Part shown: piece after piece, positions 40,160 through 53,400 of the stretch | Layout: each line of letters begins with the position of its first letter | Numbering within the stretch: the stretch's first letter is position 1 | Source: Haliotis rubra | Lineage: Eukaryota | Assembly (NCBI RefSeq): GCF_003918875.1 | Contig: NW_025765481.1 | Span: forward strand, 620,001 to 684,000 | Reading direction: 5' to 3' | Length of the DNA stretch: 64,000 bases | The notes under the pieces: generated by a model | What the model was told of the DNA's origin: nothing | The model's input: only the letters and a program-made list of their open reading frames with translations | Databases searched by the model: none | Translations under genes and position numbers: made by a program

Positions 40160-43100
40160 ACGTGTTGCCCCTCATACTCCCTAACCTTCACACGTTGTCC
40201 CTCATACTCACTAACCTTTCACGTTGCCTCCCCATACTCCCTGACATTCACAAGTTGTCCCTCCTACTCCCTGACCTTCACACGTTGCCTCCCATTTCCT
40301 ACTCCCTGACCTTCACACGTTGCCCCTCACGCTCCTGACATTCCACGTTGCCCCTCACACTCCATGACCTTCACACGTTGTCCCTCATACTCCCTGACCT
40401 TCACACGTTGCCCCTCACGCTCCCCTGACCTTCACACGTTGTCCCTCACGCTCCCCTGACCTTCACACGTTGCCCCTCATAACTCCCTGATGACCTTCAC
40501 GCGTTGCCCCTCATACTCCCTGACCTTCACACGTTGTCCCTCATACTCCATGACCTTCACAGAGTTGTCCCTCAAGCTCCCAGATTATTCACACGTTCCC
40601 TGACCCTCACGCTTCCTCCCATACTCCCTCTTCACAAGTTGCTCCCTCATACTCCACTGACCTTCACACGTTGCCCCTCATACCTCCCTGAGTCTTCACA
40701 CGCGTTGTCCCTCATACCACTAACCTTTCCATTACCTCCCAGACCTTCCATTTGCCCCCTCCCACAATTCCATTCGTCCCTATTTATTCCACACAGTTGT
40801 CCCCCATTCCTTCCACTTCCTGATGCTTCCTTCCACACGTTGTCCTTTCATACCTCCACATTTCTTCCCATTGTCCTGACCTTCCACAAGGTTCACGCTT
40901 TTGCCTCCCATTCCGCACCCTTCCTCATGCTCTGACCCCTTCACACGTTGTCCTTCCATTACTCCATGATCTTCACGCGTTGCCCCTCATACTCCTGACC
41001 TTCACACGTTGTCCCTCATACTCCCTGACCTTCACACGTTGCCCCTCATACTCCCTGACCTTCACACGTTGCCCCTCATACTCCCTGATCTTCACACGTT
41101 GCCCCTCATACTCCATGACCTTCACACGTTGCCCCTCATACTCCCTCTGATCCTCACACGTTGTCCCTCCTCCCTGATCTTCACGCGTTGTCCCTCCCAT
41201 ACTCCCTGACATTCACGCGTTGCCTCCCATACTCCCTGACCTTCACACGTTGTCCCCTCATACTCCCTGATCTTCACACGTTGCCCCTCATACTCCATGA
41301 CCTTCAGACGTTGTCCTTTCATACTCCATGACCTTCACACGTTGTCCCTTCATTATTCCCCTGACCTTCCATCGCTGCCCTCATGGCTCCCTGACCTTCA
41401 CACGTTGCCCCTCACACTCCATGACCTTCACACGTTTGCCCCTCATACTCCATGACCTTCACACGTTGCCCCTCACGCTCCCTGACCTTCACACGTTGTC
41501 CCTCACGCTCCCTGACCTTCACACGTTGCCCCTCATACTCCCTGACCTTCACGCGTTGCCCCTCATACTCCCTGACCTTCACATCGTTGTCCCTCATACT
41601 CCATGACCTTCACACGTTGTCCCTCACTCACACGTTGCCCCTTCATACCTTCGATGACCTTCACACGTTGCCCCCTCATGACCTTCTACACGTTGCCCCT
41701 CTACTCTGACACGTTGTCCCTCATACTCTTCCTGACCTCACACGTTGCCTCATACTCTCTGATCTTCGTTGTCCCTCACGCCTCCCTGACATTCACACGT
41801 TGCCTCCCATACTCCCTGACCTTCACACGTTGTCCTTTCATACTCCCTGATCTTCACACGTTGCCCCTCATACTCCATGACCTTCAGACGTTGTCCTTTC
41901 ATACTCCATGACCTTCACGTTGCCCTTCATACTCCCTGACCTTCACACGTTGCCCCTCATACTCCATGACCTTCACACGTTGCCCCTCATACTCCCTGAC
42001 CTTCACACGTTGCCCCTCATACTCCCTGACCTTCACACGTTGCCCCTCATACTCCTGACCTTCACACGTTGCCCCTCACGCCCCCTCATTCACAAGCGTT
42101 GCCTCCCATACCCCTGACCTTCACATCGTTGTCCTTTCATACTCCATGACCTTCACGCTGCCCTCATACTCCCCTGACCTTCACACGTTGCCCCTCATCA
42201 TGACCTTCACACGTTGCCCTCATACCCCTGACCTTCACACGTTGCCCCTCATACTTCCTGACCTTCACACGTTGCCCTCATACTCCATGACCTTCACACG
42301 TTGCCCTCATACCCCTGACCTTCACACGTTGCCCTCATACTCCCCTGACTACACGTTGCCCCTCATAACTCCCTGACATTCACGCGTTGCCCTCATACTC
42401 CATGACCTTCACACGTTGCCCCTCATACTTCCTGACCTTCACACGTTGCCCCTCATACCCATGACCTTCAGACGTTGTCCTTCATACCATGACCTTCACG
42501 CGTTGCCCTTCATACTCCCTGACCTTCACACGTTGCCCCTCATACTCCTGACCTTCACACGTTGCCCTCATACTCCCTGACCTTCTCACACGTTGCCCCT
42601 CATACTCCATGACCTTCACACGTTGCCCCTCATACCCCTGACCTTCACACGTTGTCCCCTCATACCCCATGACCTTCAGACGTTGCCCTCGTACTCACAT
42701 GACCTTCACACGCGTTGCCCCTCATACTCTTATTGACCTTCACACGTTGCCTTCACATCGACATTTCACATCGTTGCCCCTCATACTCCCTGACCTTCAC
42801 ACGTTGTCCTTTCATACTCCCCTGACCTCACACGTTGCCCCTCATACCTCCATGACCTTCACACGTTGCCTCATACCCATGACCTTCACACGTTGCCCCT
42901 CATACCCCTGACCTTCACACGTTGTCCTTCATACTCCCTGACCTCACACGTTGCCCCTCATACTCCCTGATCTTCACAAGTTGTCCCTCACGCTCCCTGA
43001 CATTCACACGTTGCCTCCCATACTCCCTGACCTTCACACGTTGTCCTTTCATACTCCTGATCTTCACATCGCGTTGCCCCTCATACTCCATGACCTTCAG

Positions 43101-44015
43101 ACATTTCTGCTTGTCCTTTCATCATACCCCTGACCTTCACGCGTTGCCCTTCATACCCCTGACCTTCACACGTTGCCCCTCATACTCCATGACCTTCACA
43201 CGTTGCCCCTCATACCCCCTGACCTTCACACGTTGCCCCTCATACCCCATGACCTTCACACGTTGCCCCCTCATACCCCTGACCTTCACACGTTGCCCTC
43301 ACGCCTCTGACCTTCACACGCTGGCTTCCCTCATACCCTGACCTTCACAAGTTGTCCTTCATACTCCCTGACCTTCACACGTTGCCCTTCATACTCCCTG
43401 ACCTTCACACGTTGCCCCTCATACTCCCTGACCTTCACACGTTGCCCCTCATACTCCCTGACCTTCACACGTTGCCCCTCATACTCCCTGACCTTCACAC
43501 GTTTGCCCAATTCATGACCTTACTCACATGACCTTCACACGTTGCCCCTCATACTCCCTGACCTTCACACGTTGCCCTTCATACTCCTGACCTTCACACG
43601 TTGCCCCTCATACTCCATGACCTTCACACGTTGCCCCTCATACTCCATTGACCTTCACACGTTGCCCCTCATACTCCCTGACCTTCACACGTTGCCCCTC
43701 ATACTCCCTGACCTTCACACGTTGCCCTTCATACTCTGACCTTCACACGTCATACCCCTCATACCCATTGACCTTCACACGTTGCCCTTCATACTCATTG
43801 ACATTCACACGTCGTCCCTCATACTCCCTGACCTTCAGACGTTGCCCCTCGTACTCACTGACCTACACGTATATCCTCACATACTCAATGACCTAAACGT
43901 ATATCTTGACATACCCATTGAGCTGCACGTATTTCTTTACACACTCATTGACCTAAACGCATATGTGGACATACCCATTGACCTGCACGTATTTCTTCAC
44001 ACACTCATTGACACG
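40160..44015. repeat. 30-bp satellite, ~3.9 kb, many small indels
   Basis: Unit CTCATACTCCCTGACCTTCACACGTTGCCC. Confidence 0.95.
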
Positions 44016-45949
44016 TAGTTCAGTAGGCATTCCTGGCCCATCCCCGTGAACGTCATGTTTCTACCCATGCATGCAGTCCGACATTAAAAGGGTTTAGGGT
44101 TGGCATTTATGTTTGAATCTGATTCAGTCAATGCTTAAAACACCACTATACATTGTGTTGTTTTTGAAAGGACTAGAAAAACAGCTATCCGGTTCAAATA
44201 CATTTTTCCAGAAAATCTTGCATATCGAGTGAAGACATTATTTCTTCCACATTCGTCGGGTACAAGATTTGTTTTTCACAACCCAAATTCCAAACCTAGA
44301 TTATCGACCTCTTTAATGTCAAGCTCGAGATGTTCCTGATAATATACAATGAAAGGTGTAAATGGAAGGATGACATGCTATTTAGTATCATTATCTTGCT
44401 CCGTTTGGAATGCAGAGATAATCATCATGTGTCATCTCTGTAACATCACACGTCCATGATGCTAGGCGTGCCCATGTTTCACAATACGATGAATGATGGC
44501 GTTATATTGGTTTATATATAGAGATAGATAGTGAGCTTATATTACTGCTGTAAACGATGTCAGTGAGATTAAGCTGTATCTAGTGTCAGTCAGTCAGTCA
44601 GTCAGTCAGTCTCGGCGACACCTTCTGATCGGATATTGAAAGTGTTCAGAAGGATTGTATATGAGGGTTTACCGTAGGATGACTCATGATACATATATGT
44701 GACAACAACTGGTATATTAGGGTTAGCATTCGTGTACGGTCATATCCATGACGACCCTGTTAATTACGAGTGTTGTCCTATACTTGCTGCAGTAGACAGG
44801 CTGTATCAAGGTTTCAATGTATATGACAGCTTAATGAGCCGTGTTACATGCACCGATACTATTTATATAAATGCGTTCTAACATCTGAAGGTGCAGATAC
44901 ACCTGAAGCAGCGTCATCATTATGAATAACGCAATAGGGAGTGGTCACGTACTGATAAATGCCCTAAGTATACCTGTAGGAACAGTGGGCATATTTACAC
45001 CACAGTCTGACCTTTAAAGATGTCACAAGAGAAGTTTATATCTGTCATACGCCACGTAACAAGCCTTGACTTGAGTCTATTTGAGCCCCGGGTCAAGAAA
45101 TACGTCATGGCTATGTCAAACCAAAGCTTGATTGAGAGTATTTGTATCCTGTTGCATTTTTCATGCCATCGATAGGATGTCTTTTTAGGATGTTTAGTAA
45201 TGGAGCATAAAACCAACAAAAGTCCACCTGTCTTGACATAATGCATATCGTCAGGTAATGTTAACATATTGAGAAACACCTTTGTTTGAAATGCAATTTG
45301 GCATAAAAGGTATGTCCTTTTTTAAAAAGGGTAATAAAACACTTTTGTTTGTATTTGGAACTTGGTCTTCCAGGGACTTGAGTTCTCTGTTTACCATCAA
45401 GATAGTACGTTTACCGACATGATGTATAGAGTCTGGTTGACCTGGCACGCGTGTAGATTTTGATCCTGAAGAAAGAAAGGGTGACGTAACATTGAGATGT
45501 GTGGGACGTTTTCATATGGGGAGTTTTCAACCACGCGAACTAAATGGAATACTCACTCACTCACTCATTTACTCACTCACCCAACCATAGACCCTCTCTC
45601 TTTCACTCATTACCTCAACCACTCACTATTCACTCTACCACCCATCCATCAACCCTCACTAACACACTCATTTCCTCACACACTAACCCGCTCTACCACT
45701 CAAGCCCCGGCCCTACTGTCACTCACTCACTCACTCACTAAGCTGTAACAGTTACTCATGATCACCAGCTGATGTGTATTCTGTTGTCATGCACATCCTT
45801 CTAAACCTATACCAATATACATGTACATACGACAAAAATCATTCCTGACCAAAAGATTATTTATATCGATGACAGTGTGTTTATATGTAACTATTGTTAA
45901 TTTGATATTACCAGCCATCCTCATTGCCCCATTGACAGATTCCCAGGAC

Positions 45950-46250
45950 GCGTCATACCCAAAGACGTTACAATATGGTACTGCCTGGCGCTCGGCATTA
46001 AAAGGGTACAACAAGGACTGGTCGGCTTGGAGTCAGTATAACTGTGTCTGTGTGGGGTATTCATGCTTCACTGCGGCATGGTATCTCAGTGGGCTAGCAC
46101 TATAAAACCAGCTTAAGTCTGGGCTAGTACAAGCAGCCACACATACACACGCATGCACGTCGTCATATGAGCGAAATATTCTTAAGTGCGACGTTAAACC
46201 CCATTTCACCTCCCCTCACCTCACCTCCCCTCACCTCACCTCACCTCACC
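45950..46250 (+). mobile_element. 5'-truncated Meta-domain-type SINE with (CACCT)n tail
   Basis: GTCATACCCAAAGAC...GGCATTAA...GACTGGTCGGCTTGGAGTCAG...CTCAGTGGGCTAGCACTATAAAA resembles the conserved MetaSINE core (recalled, not aligned). Confidence 0.6.
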
Positions 46251-47049
46251 ATTGACAGAACGGACAAAAACAAATTCAAAGAGAAGATATGCAATTCAAG
46301 ATAAACTTACAGCTTCACCATAAAACCTTCCAATTTGAATTCACATAAAACATGTACGTACACTTTAACCTGTGACAGTAAGTCATATACATGTATATTG
46401 CATGGTGATCCCATGCTAACCACGAGGTACATGAACGGAAACAATCGGCATGCTATTAGTACCCACATTCCATTTGTGTTTAAGGGTAAATGAGCAGGAA
46501 GGCAACTCTTTGGGGAGAAGTCAACGGTGGATTTACACCTCTGTGGTTTATGCAGCTGGGATGTTAATGCAACGTAGTTCCTTTGTTAATCGTCACCCAG
46601 TACACATAATGCACATTCATGTTAAAAATAATGTCCTCAGCACAGCCTCGGGAAGTCATTTAATGACATGGATGCATGACCATACACATTGGCGCCAGGT
46701 TTACCTTTATACCCCAACACGTTTTATGAGGTTGGTATTTCTCTTGCGCCCTTGTGGAATGACTTAATATGTGACGGGTTATTTTAAAAATACAGTTGGC
46801 CATTAATTATTGTTGGAATCATGTTACGACTGTTTATGCACGGTTCAGAAATAACGGTATCGGTGATCTCACAGTACAGTTGAACCGCTGACATTCCAGT
46901 TTAAGATATCACAATACAATGCGTATGGAGACATGATGTTAGGATGAAAATATAGTTGAGACTTGCAACAATGTGTAATGTGTACTACATGAGTCTAACC
47001 TATACGAAGTTGCAAGATGAAACATTACTGGAGTCTGTATATCTTTCTC

Positions 47050-47320
47050 TTTATTCTGGTGTATGTAGGCCATCAGCCCGTAGTACAGTTATTTCATACA
47101 GCCAACAAACGGCTTGTACGTAGCACATAAGCGTAAAATAGATACATAGCTAGATTTCGTAGCACAGTGGAATTGTCTACAGACATCAAAGTATTAAATT
47201 TGTACAGTGATGGATATGTATAATAGGTCACAGGAATATATAATGTACGTACATGATTATAGGCATAACATAATAAGAGAAAATGATATTCATTTTCAAT
47301 GTGAGCACCCGAACACACAT
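47050..47320 (-). mobile_element. Non-LTR retrotransposon C-terminal fragment
   Basis: C...IENEYHFLLLCYAYNHVRTLYIP...LRNLAMYL motif typical of LINE ORF2 zinc-knuckle tails. Confidence 0.7.
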
Positions 47321-47335
47321 TGAATGTGTCAAATA

Positions 47336-47616
47336 TTGTTTGTTTGTTTGTTGTGTTTGTTTGTTTGTTTGTTTGTTGTATTTGTTTGTTTGTTTGTTGC
47401 TTGACTCAGCAATATTCCAGCTATATGGCGGCGATCCGTAAATAATCAAATCTGTAGCAGACAATCCACTGATCAACAGCATGAGCATCGATTTACGTTC
47501 TTAGGATACCATAACATGTGTCAACAACGTCAGCGAGCGACCCCCGATCCCATTTGACGCTTCTAACGACAAGCAAGTGTTGCTTAAGAGACATTCTAAC
47601 CCGGATCTACACGGGT
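47336..47616 (-). mobile_element. SINE-like family B with (TTTG)n tail; further partial copies ~650-790, 20418-20540, 28920-29130, 59790-59980
   Basis: Reverse complement of family B. Confidence 0.8.
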
Positions 47617-47993
47617 ATTGGATATGAATAATACGGCTTAATTTCCTATTGTAGTGTAAGATACAAGCACGTTGGTAATATAGTTTTATCAATGACAGGG
47701 CAGATTAAATTAAAGGCACTGTGCCACATTTAAATTGATTGATGGCTTTATATCACTTTAAAGCATCGATTCATATGGGATTCGTCATCGTGGCACAATG
47801 TCCATTTGTAGCCTAATCCATCAATGTATTTTTTCAATGCCGTGTTAATATCGATCCCGATAATATTCTCATTATGGTCGTCATCGGGGGTTGTATTGTA
47901 TTTGTCACCCGTGAAGAGATCTCCCGTTTAATATCAGTACACCTAAACAGTGTTTAATAACGTAACTTACAATCCGTAAAGTGAGAAGGATTG

Positions 47994-48150
47994 GTGAGTG
48001 AGTGAGTAAGTATTTTTACGCCGCCTTTAGCAATATTCCAGCAATATCACGCCAGGGGGACACAAGAAATGGGCTTTACACATTGTACCCATGTGGAGAA
48101 TCGTACCCTGGCCTTCGGCGTGACGAGCGAACGCTTTAACCACTAGGCTT
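47994..48150 (-). mobile_element. tRNA-derived SINE family A
   Basis: Reverse complement of the family sequence. Confidence 0.85.
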
Positions 48151-48799
48151 GGTAGAGGCGCGTATACTTTGGTTATCGGAGGTTATGCCACCCATGTACA
48201 AGCGACTCTGGTCTTGACTGGGGTTTCTTTTACTTATATTCTAAAGATTCAGCTCGTCACGATTAAACAGAACATCATATCGAAACACCATCGCAGCAAT
48301 TGTCCTATTACGACAAGGAAATTCCTTTTGCAATTTAGAGTAGCCTCCCTTGGACCACGTGGAAAACACGCGCCTTGCCCCCGGGCGTGACACGTTCGTT
48401 ATCATCCTCTTTGGGGCATCTTTTATCGCTACACTAATATGGCGCCAGCGGTTATTACCAAAGTTCCTCATACCCCGAATGTTGGGGCATTGGTATTCCT
48501 GTGTGTATGGAAGTATCGTACTAATGAATAGGAAACAGCTTGACGGGTACTGTACAATGTCCCGGCTGAATGTACTTGGAGTTAAATTAGATTGGTTTGA
48601 GATTCTCACTAGACAATTTATAGTTACACGATTGCTGAATATAAACAAAATTAAAAACCACAACAACACAGAAAACCATTAACTCAGTATTAGCTTAGGT
48701 CAGGCATAAGTCAGCTTTGGGGAGCTGTGCCTTGTTGCACAAGTAAAGAAATAGGAAAGAAATCCCCGCGATGTGGGGAGTTTGTGTGAAGCTGGCTTG

Positions 48800-49155
48800 C
48801 TTTGCTGGCGAGCTCTCTAAGGCCACGCCAGTGATCCAGCGAGAATGAGGTGCCGGGATCGAGCCCACCTGTGACCGGGTGTAAAAACTTGGAGTAAACT
48901 TTGTGTGCAGACGCTTTCACTGTTGTCACAACCCCTAGTGTACAGTACACAACCCTGTGCACTAAAAAGAACCCTACGAATCCGTTGGTATATGACCAGA
49001 TGGTTGTATGATCCCCAGGGAGTTGAGATTGATAATAAGATGTGCCGTTGAGATTGACATCCAATGATCGAGGGAAAAAATACCAGCGCCTTGAGCATGC
49101 ACTAGTGCGTGGATATGTGGACTATATAAATATCCAATAATAAATAATAATACAT
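48800..49155 (+). mobile_element. SINE with tRNA-like B box, Deu/Nin-like core and L2-type tail
   Basis: GGGATCGAGCCC; GTGCACTAAAAAGAACCC; tail GCGCCTTGAGCA...GGATATGTGCG.CTATATAAAT...(AAT)n. Confidence 0.55.
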
Positions 49156-49249
49156 AATGACCGTCAAGCGTAACACACAAGACGTGTACATATGATTGAT
49201 TGGCACAATAACTTCCCCTTTAATGTTTCCATCCATACATATATACAAC

Positions 49250-49835
49250 ACGTTCCGTTATATGTGCATATATATGTATACAATACCTTCGTTTACATTT
49301 GTTTTCACATATCTATGTACACAGCACCTTCATTTATATGTGCATATATATGTATACAACGCCTTCGTTTACCTTTGTTTTCACATATCTATGTACACAG
49401 CACCTTCATTTATATGTGCATATATATGTATACAACACCTTCGTTTACCTTTGTTTGCACATATCTATGTACACAGCACCTTCATTTATATGTGCATATA
49501 TATGTATACAACACCTTCGTTTACCTTTGTTTGCACATATCTATGTACACAGCACCTTCATTTATATGTGCATATATATGTATACAACACCTTCGTTTAC
49601 CTTTGTTTTCACATATCTATGTACACAGCACCTTCATTTATATGTGCATATATATGTATACAACACCTTCGTTTACCTTTGTTTTGCACATATCTATGTA
49701 CACAGCACCTTCATTTATATGTGCATATATATGTATACAACACCATTGTTTATATGTGCATATATATGTATACAACACCTTCGTTTACCTTTGTTTTCAC
49801 ATATCTATGTACACAGTACCTTCATTATATGTGCA
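49250..49835. repeat. 76-bp tandem repeat, ~7-8 copies, built from two related halves
   Basis: TATGTGCATATATATGTATACAACACCTTCGTTTACCTTTGTTTTCACATATCTATGTACACAGCACCTTCATTTA. Confidence 0.92.
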
Positions 49836-50186
49836 TGCATGCATGCAAACAGTGCCTTTATTTATGTTTGCATGCATATATGTATACATCACCTTTTATG
49901 CATGCACCTTTGTTAGAGTTGCATGCATATTTGTTGACAGCACTTTCATTTGTGTTTGCTTGTGTATATGTATCCAGTCCCTTCGTTTATGATTGCTTGC
50001 ATATTTGTGTACAGCCCCCCCCCTCCCGTTTGTTTGTATGGGTGCATGTATACAATGCTATCATTTGTGTCTTCTTGAATGAGTTCATTTCAGTTGCCGT
50101 ACATCCCTGTATGACTCTCACGTGTGTCTGTACAAGCACAGTATAAACTTATGTCTCCTTGCCCACTTTGTATGTGCGTGTGTGCG

Positions 50187-50195
50187 TATATATAA
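50187..50195 (+). promoter_or_regulatory. Candidate TATA box for the PAN/mucin gene
   Basis: TATATATAA about 145 nt upstream of the ATG. A possible acceptor (tttcag, ending 50323) means an upstream UTR exon is also possible. Confidence 0.25.
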
Positions 50196-50334
50196 GGCTT
50201 TCCTATGTTGCAATATAGATGGAATTGCAATTCTGTGTGTATACAATTCCATCACGTGAAATGGTCACATGTATATTTGCCTAAGTTCTCTAGCTTCAGT
50301 AACACCGACGGTGTCTGTTTCAGCATCTCCTACC

Positions 50335-50401
50335 ATGGCGCCCAGATGGACGTGGGTGTTTCTGGCCGTACAGTTTGCAAGTCGGGCTCTGATTGCAACA
50401 G
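50335..50401 (+). CDS. Exon 1: signal peptide MAPRWTWVFLAVQFASRALIAT(G)
   Basis: ACCATGG Kozak context, hydrophobic core, donor ACAG|gtaagc in phase 1 matching the next exon. Confidence 0.8.
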
Positions 50402-53400
50402 GTAAGCCTATTTTTAATCCTAACTTGTGCTTCGTGTAACGTTTCTGACTGTAGACGTTTCCGCCGTGATGGGGACAGTGGGGTAGACCAGTGGTTGAAG
50501 CCCGTCACGCCGTACACGTGTGTTAAGCCCGTGTCTGGTGTCCCTCGCCTTTATATTGCTGGAATATCGCTACAAGCGGTGGGGTGTGGTGTGGTGTGGT
50601 GTGGTGTGGTGAGGTNNNNNNNNNNNNNNNNNNNNNNNNNNNNNNNNNNNNNNNNNNNNNNNNNNNNNNNNNNNNNNNNNNNNNNNNNNNNNNNNNNNNN
50701 NNNNNNNNNNNNNNNNNNNNNNNNNNNNNNNNNNNNNNNNNNNNNNNNNNNNNNNNNNCATACTGAGCCTACTCGTCGCAGTATGACATGAATATCTCAG
50801 GCGTGTTCCTACGTGGAAGCAGTAAAAGTCGACCAAAGTCTGGCGGTGTGTACGTACGTGGAAGCTGTAGAAGCCAAGTACAGTCTGACAATGTAAATTA
50901 ACGTGCATAGTGGCAGTAAAGCCAGCCATAGTCCATATAGTGTACCATAGGTTCCCGTGCTTTTTCAGCTGAATAAGTGTGTTTATGACGGGTTCCATTA
51001 ATGGGGCAGGATACGCAATTATTCTCGCGAACACCTTGTATGATAACTATTTGATTCCATCGAAACAGTATATATCTGTGATCTAGAATTAGTCCATCCT
51101 CTGACTGAAATAACTGGCGCGCCTTAACGTAATGACAATCTCGCCAGATAAGATAAGATAAAACAAACGCGAGTCCATGAAATGTTTAAAATTCGGTAAA
51201 AGCGATATCTTCCGTGGATGACAGTTTGGAATAATCTAAATACTTTTCAAACTCACAGTTGAACCAATTTCTGCCTTTCCTCTTCAAGGAGATTTCTTGT
51301 GCAATGTCAAACCTTGGCGCATACGTATTTTGGTCAGTGTCGGAATGTGATACGATACGTCCTGGGGATAATTTATCAAGATCAATGTCAGTATCAAATG
51401 AATTATTCAATAACAGGTGAAACATGCAGTTATTCTGAAGAAGTGGCGAAGAAAGGGCAGCAGGATTTGTGGAGTGGCTTTAAAAGTACTGCGGATCTCA
51501 GTGCATGCCAATCCTTCTGTGGAAGCCAGTCAGGTTGTGTAGCGGGAGAATTCAACAGCCATAGCTTTTCCTGCTACCTGTACAACGAGGTGCCGATGCT
51601 CTCTGATGACACCCAGACAACGTTCTTTCAGCGAACGTGTGTTCCAGGTAAGGACAATGTCATGTTTCCGAGAAATACATGCAGGCAATGAAGCTTTTAA
51701 TAGACAATACACTCTCATAGGTCGCTTCATATAGACGCTCGAGGATCAATACGACGGCCCAATATGGGATTTGAGAGGACATGTTCTGCTTTACAATCAC
51801 TTTTGTGCGTGATTCCATTCCTTACATTGCAATCACAACATGGCGATGTCATCAGACTGCGTTAGAGAGTGGATCCTTTTGGGTATGCTCTTTTCTCGAT
51901 CTCCTCAACTGGCACTAACTGGGAACAATTAGGCAGTCACTTAATGTGTCATTACAAGGTTGTTTTATTTTGGTCTGGATGTAGGTCCATGGTCCAAATT
52001 GTCCTCGGCAGATTACACTGGACCCTGTGTGCCAACGAGGACACCAAGCCAATACATTATTTAAAGCAGTGTTGCACGAACCCTTCAACATGACTCGTTA
52101 TCGAGTGGATGTGGTATTGGACGGTGAGACAAATCGTACGTGGGTGTCGTTCAAATAGCGTTTGATAACATGGAATATGTTTAATTATTCTAAATTGACA
52201 GTTGTCATATTGCACACGCCCACGTGTCAAAATCAAAATGGTTCCAAATTACATGTGTAAATAGTACGATCCTGTTATGGGTGTCGGTAGAACCATGACG
52301 CTAGTTGGGTGCAAGCTGTTGACGAAGTCGTGACGTTAGCTTGAGTTGAACGTCATGCAGGTGAAGATTGAGCCAAAGTGCTGGGTTGAGGCGAATGTTT
52401 GAACAGTGACATTCGGACAGTGGTGTCAGTTGACTGTCTTTCGCTAGTTCAGTCGTGACGTTGGTTTGAACCGAACGGGTGGTGGTTAAGCCTTGACGCA
52501 TTGTTTGAACTGAATGTTTTACGGGTGGTGGTTAAGCCTTGACGCATTGTTTGAACTGAACGTTTTACGGGTGGTGGTTAAGCCTTGACGCATTGTTTGA
52601 GATGAACCTTTTACGGGTGGTGGTTAAGCCATGACGCCGGTTCGACGTGAACGTTTTACGGGTGGCGGATGAGCCTCGTTATAAGAAGAGACCTTGTAAT
52701 CGATGTTGGGAGACGGAGATGAAGCAAGGTATGTTGCTCTGCATGGGTTGTGCATGCATTTGGTACCTACTACAAACACTGTCTTGAAGTAGCTCTTTAC
52801 TGTGCGTTCTCAATAATAGTTCTTCGAAACCAAAATCTAAACAAATATGGTTTGATATCACTCATTCACTCTGGGTAGTACATCCATGTAGTTCTCGATG
52901 CTTTCTGTAGGACCAGGATGGTCCAGGCGCCTAAGGGACCGTGGTGCAGAGTTGAATACCTTCCGTGTGCCCGAATCCACTGACCGTTGTTTCCAATCCG
53001 TTTCCTCACACACTTAGCGGTGTGCCTACAGAGGAACATAGTATTGAAATTCCAATGAATTGACCAGTATTCTGATCAATTAAACATCTCAAGAATCACT
53101 GTGTTCTCTCCTATACTGTGAAACATCGCAAATAAGAGAGGACCAGTTCTCAGTAGCATTATTTGAATTAACAAAATACTGAACCATGTTAGTGGAGTGA
53201 TATGCTGAATATATTCTTAAAACCCGGGTGACATGAATAAGACTGGGAATAAGTAAAAGTTTAATGTGTACAGTAAAGAGCTGCTTGAATGCCTGAGTCA
53301 GTGTTCACCCTGCACAGTGTTAACACATGGATGAACGGTTCCCGCAGTATCCCGCTTCTATACGTTCGTTAACGCTTGTAATGTTGTCCAATGTGCTGGT

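Noticed and set aside
40504-44018. Many LPLILPDLHT / TFTRCP / EGQRVKV ORFs
   Set aside because: 30-bp satellite with frequent frame-breaking indels.
49192-50146. ORFs of 205-316 aa
   Set aside because: 76-bp repeat cycling through all three frames; no protein features.
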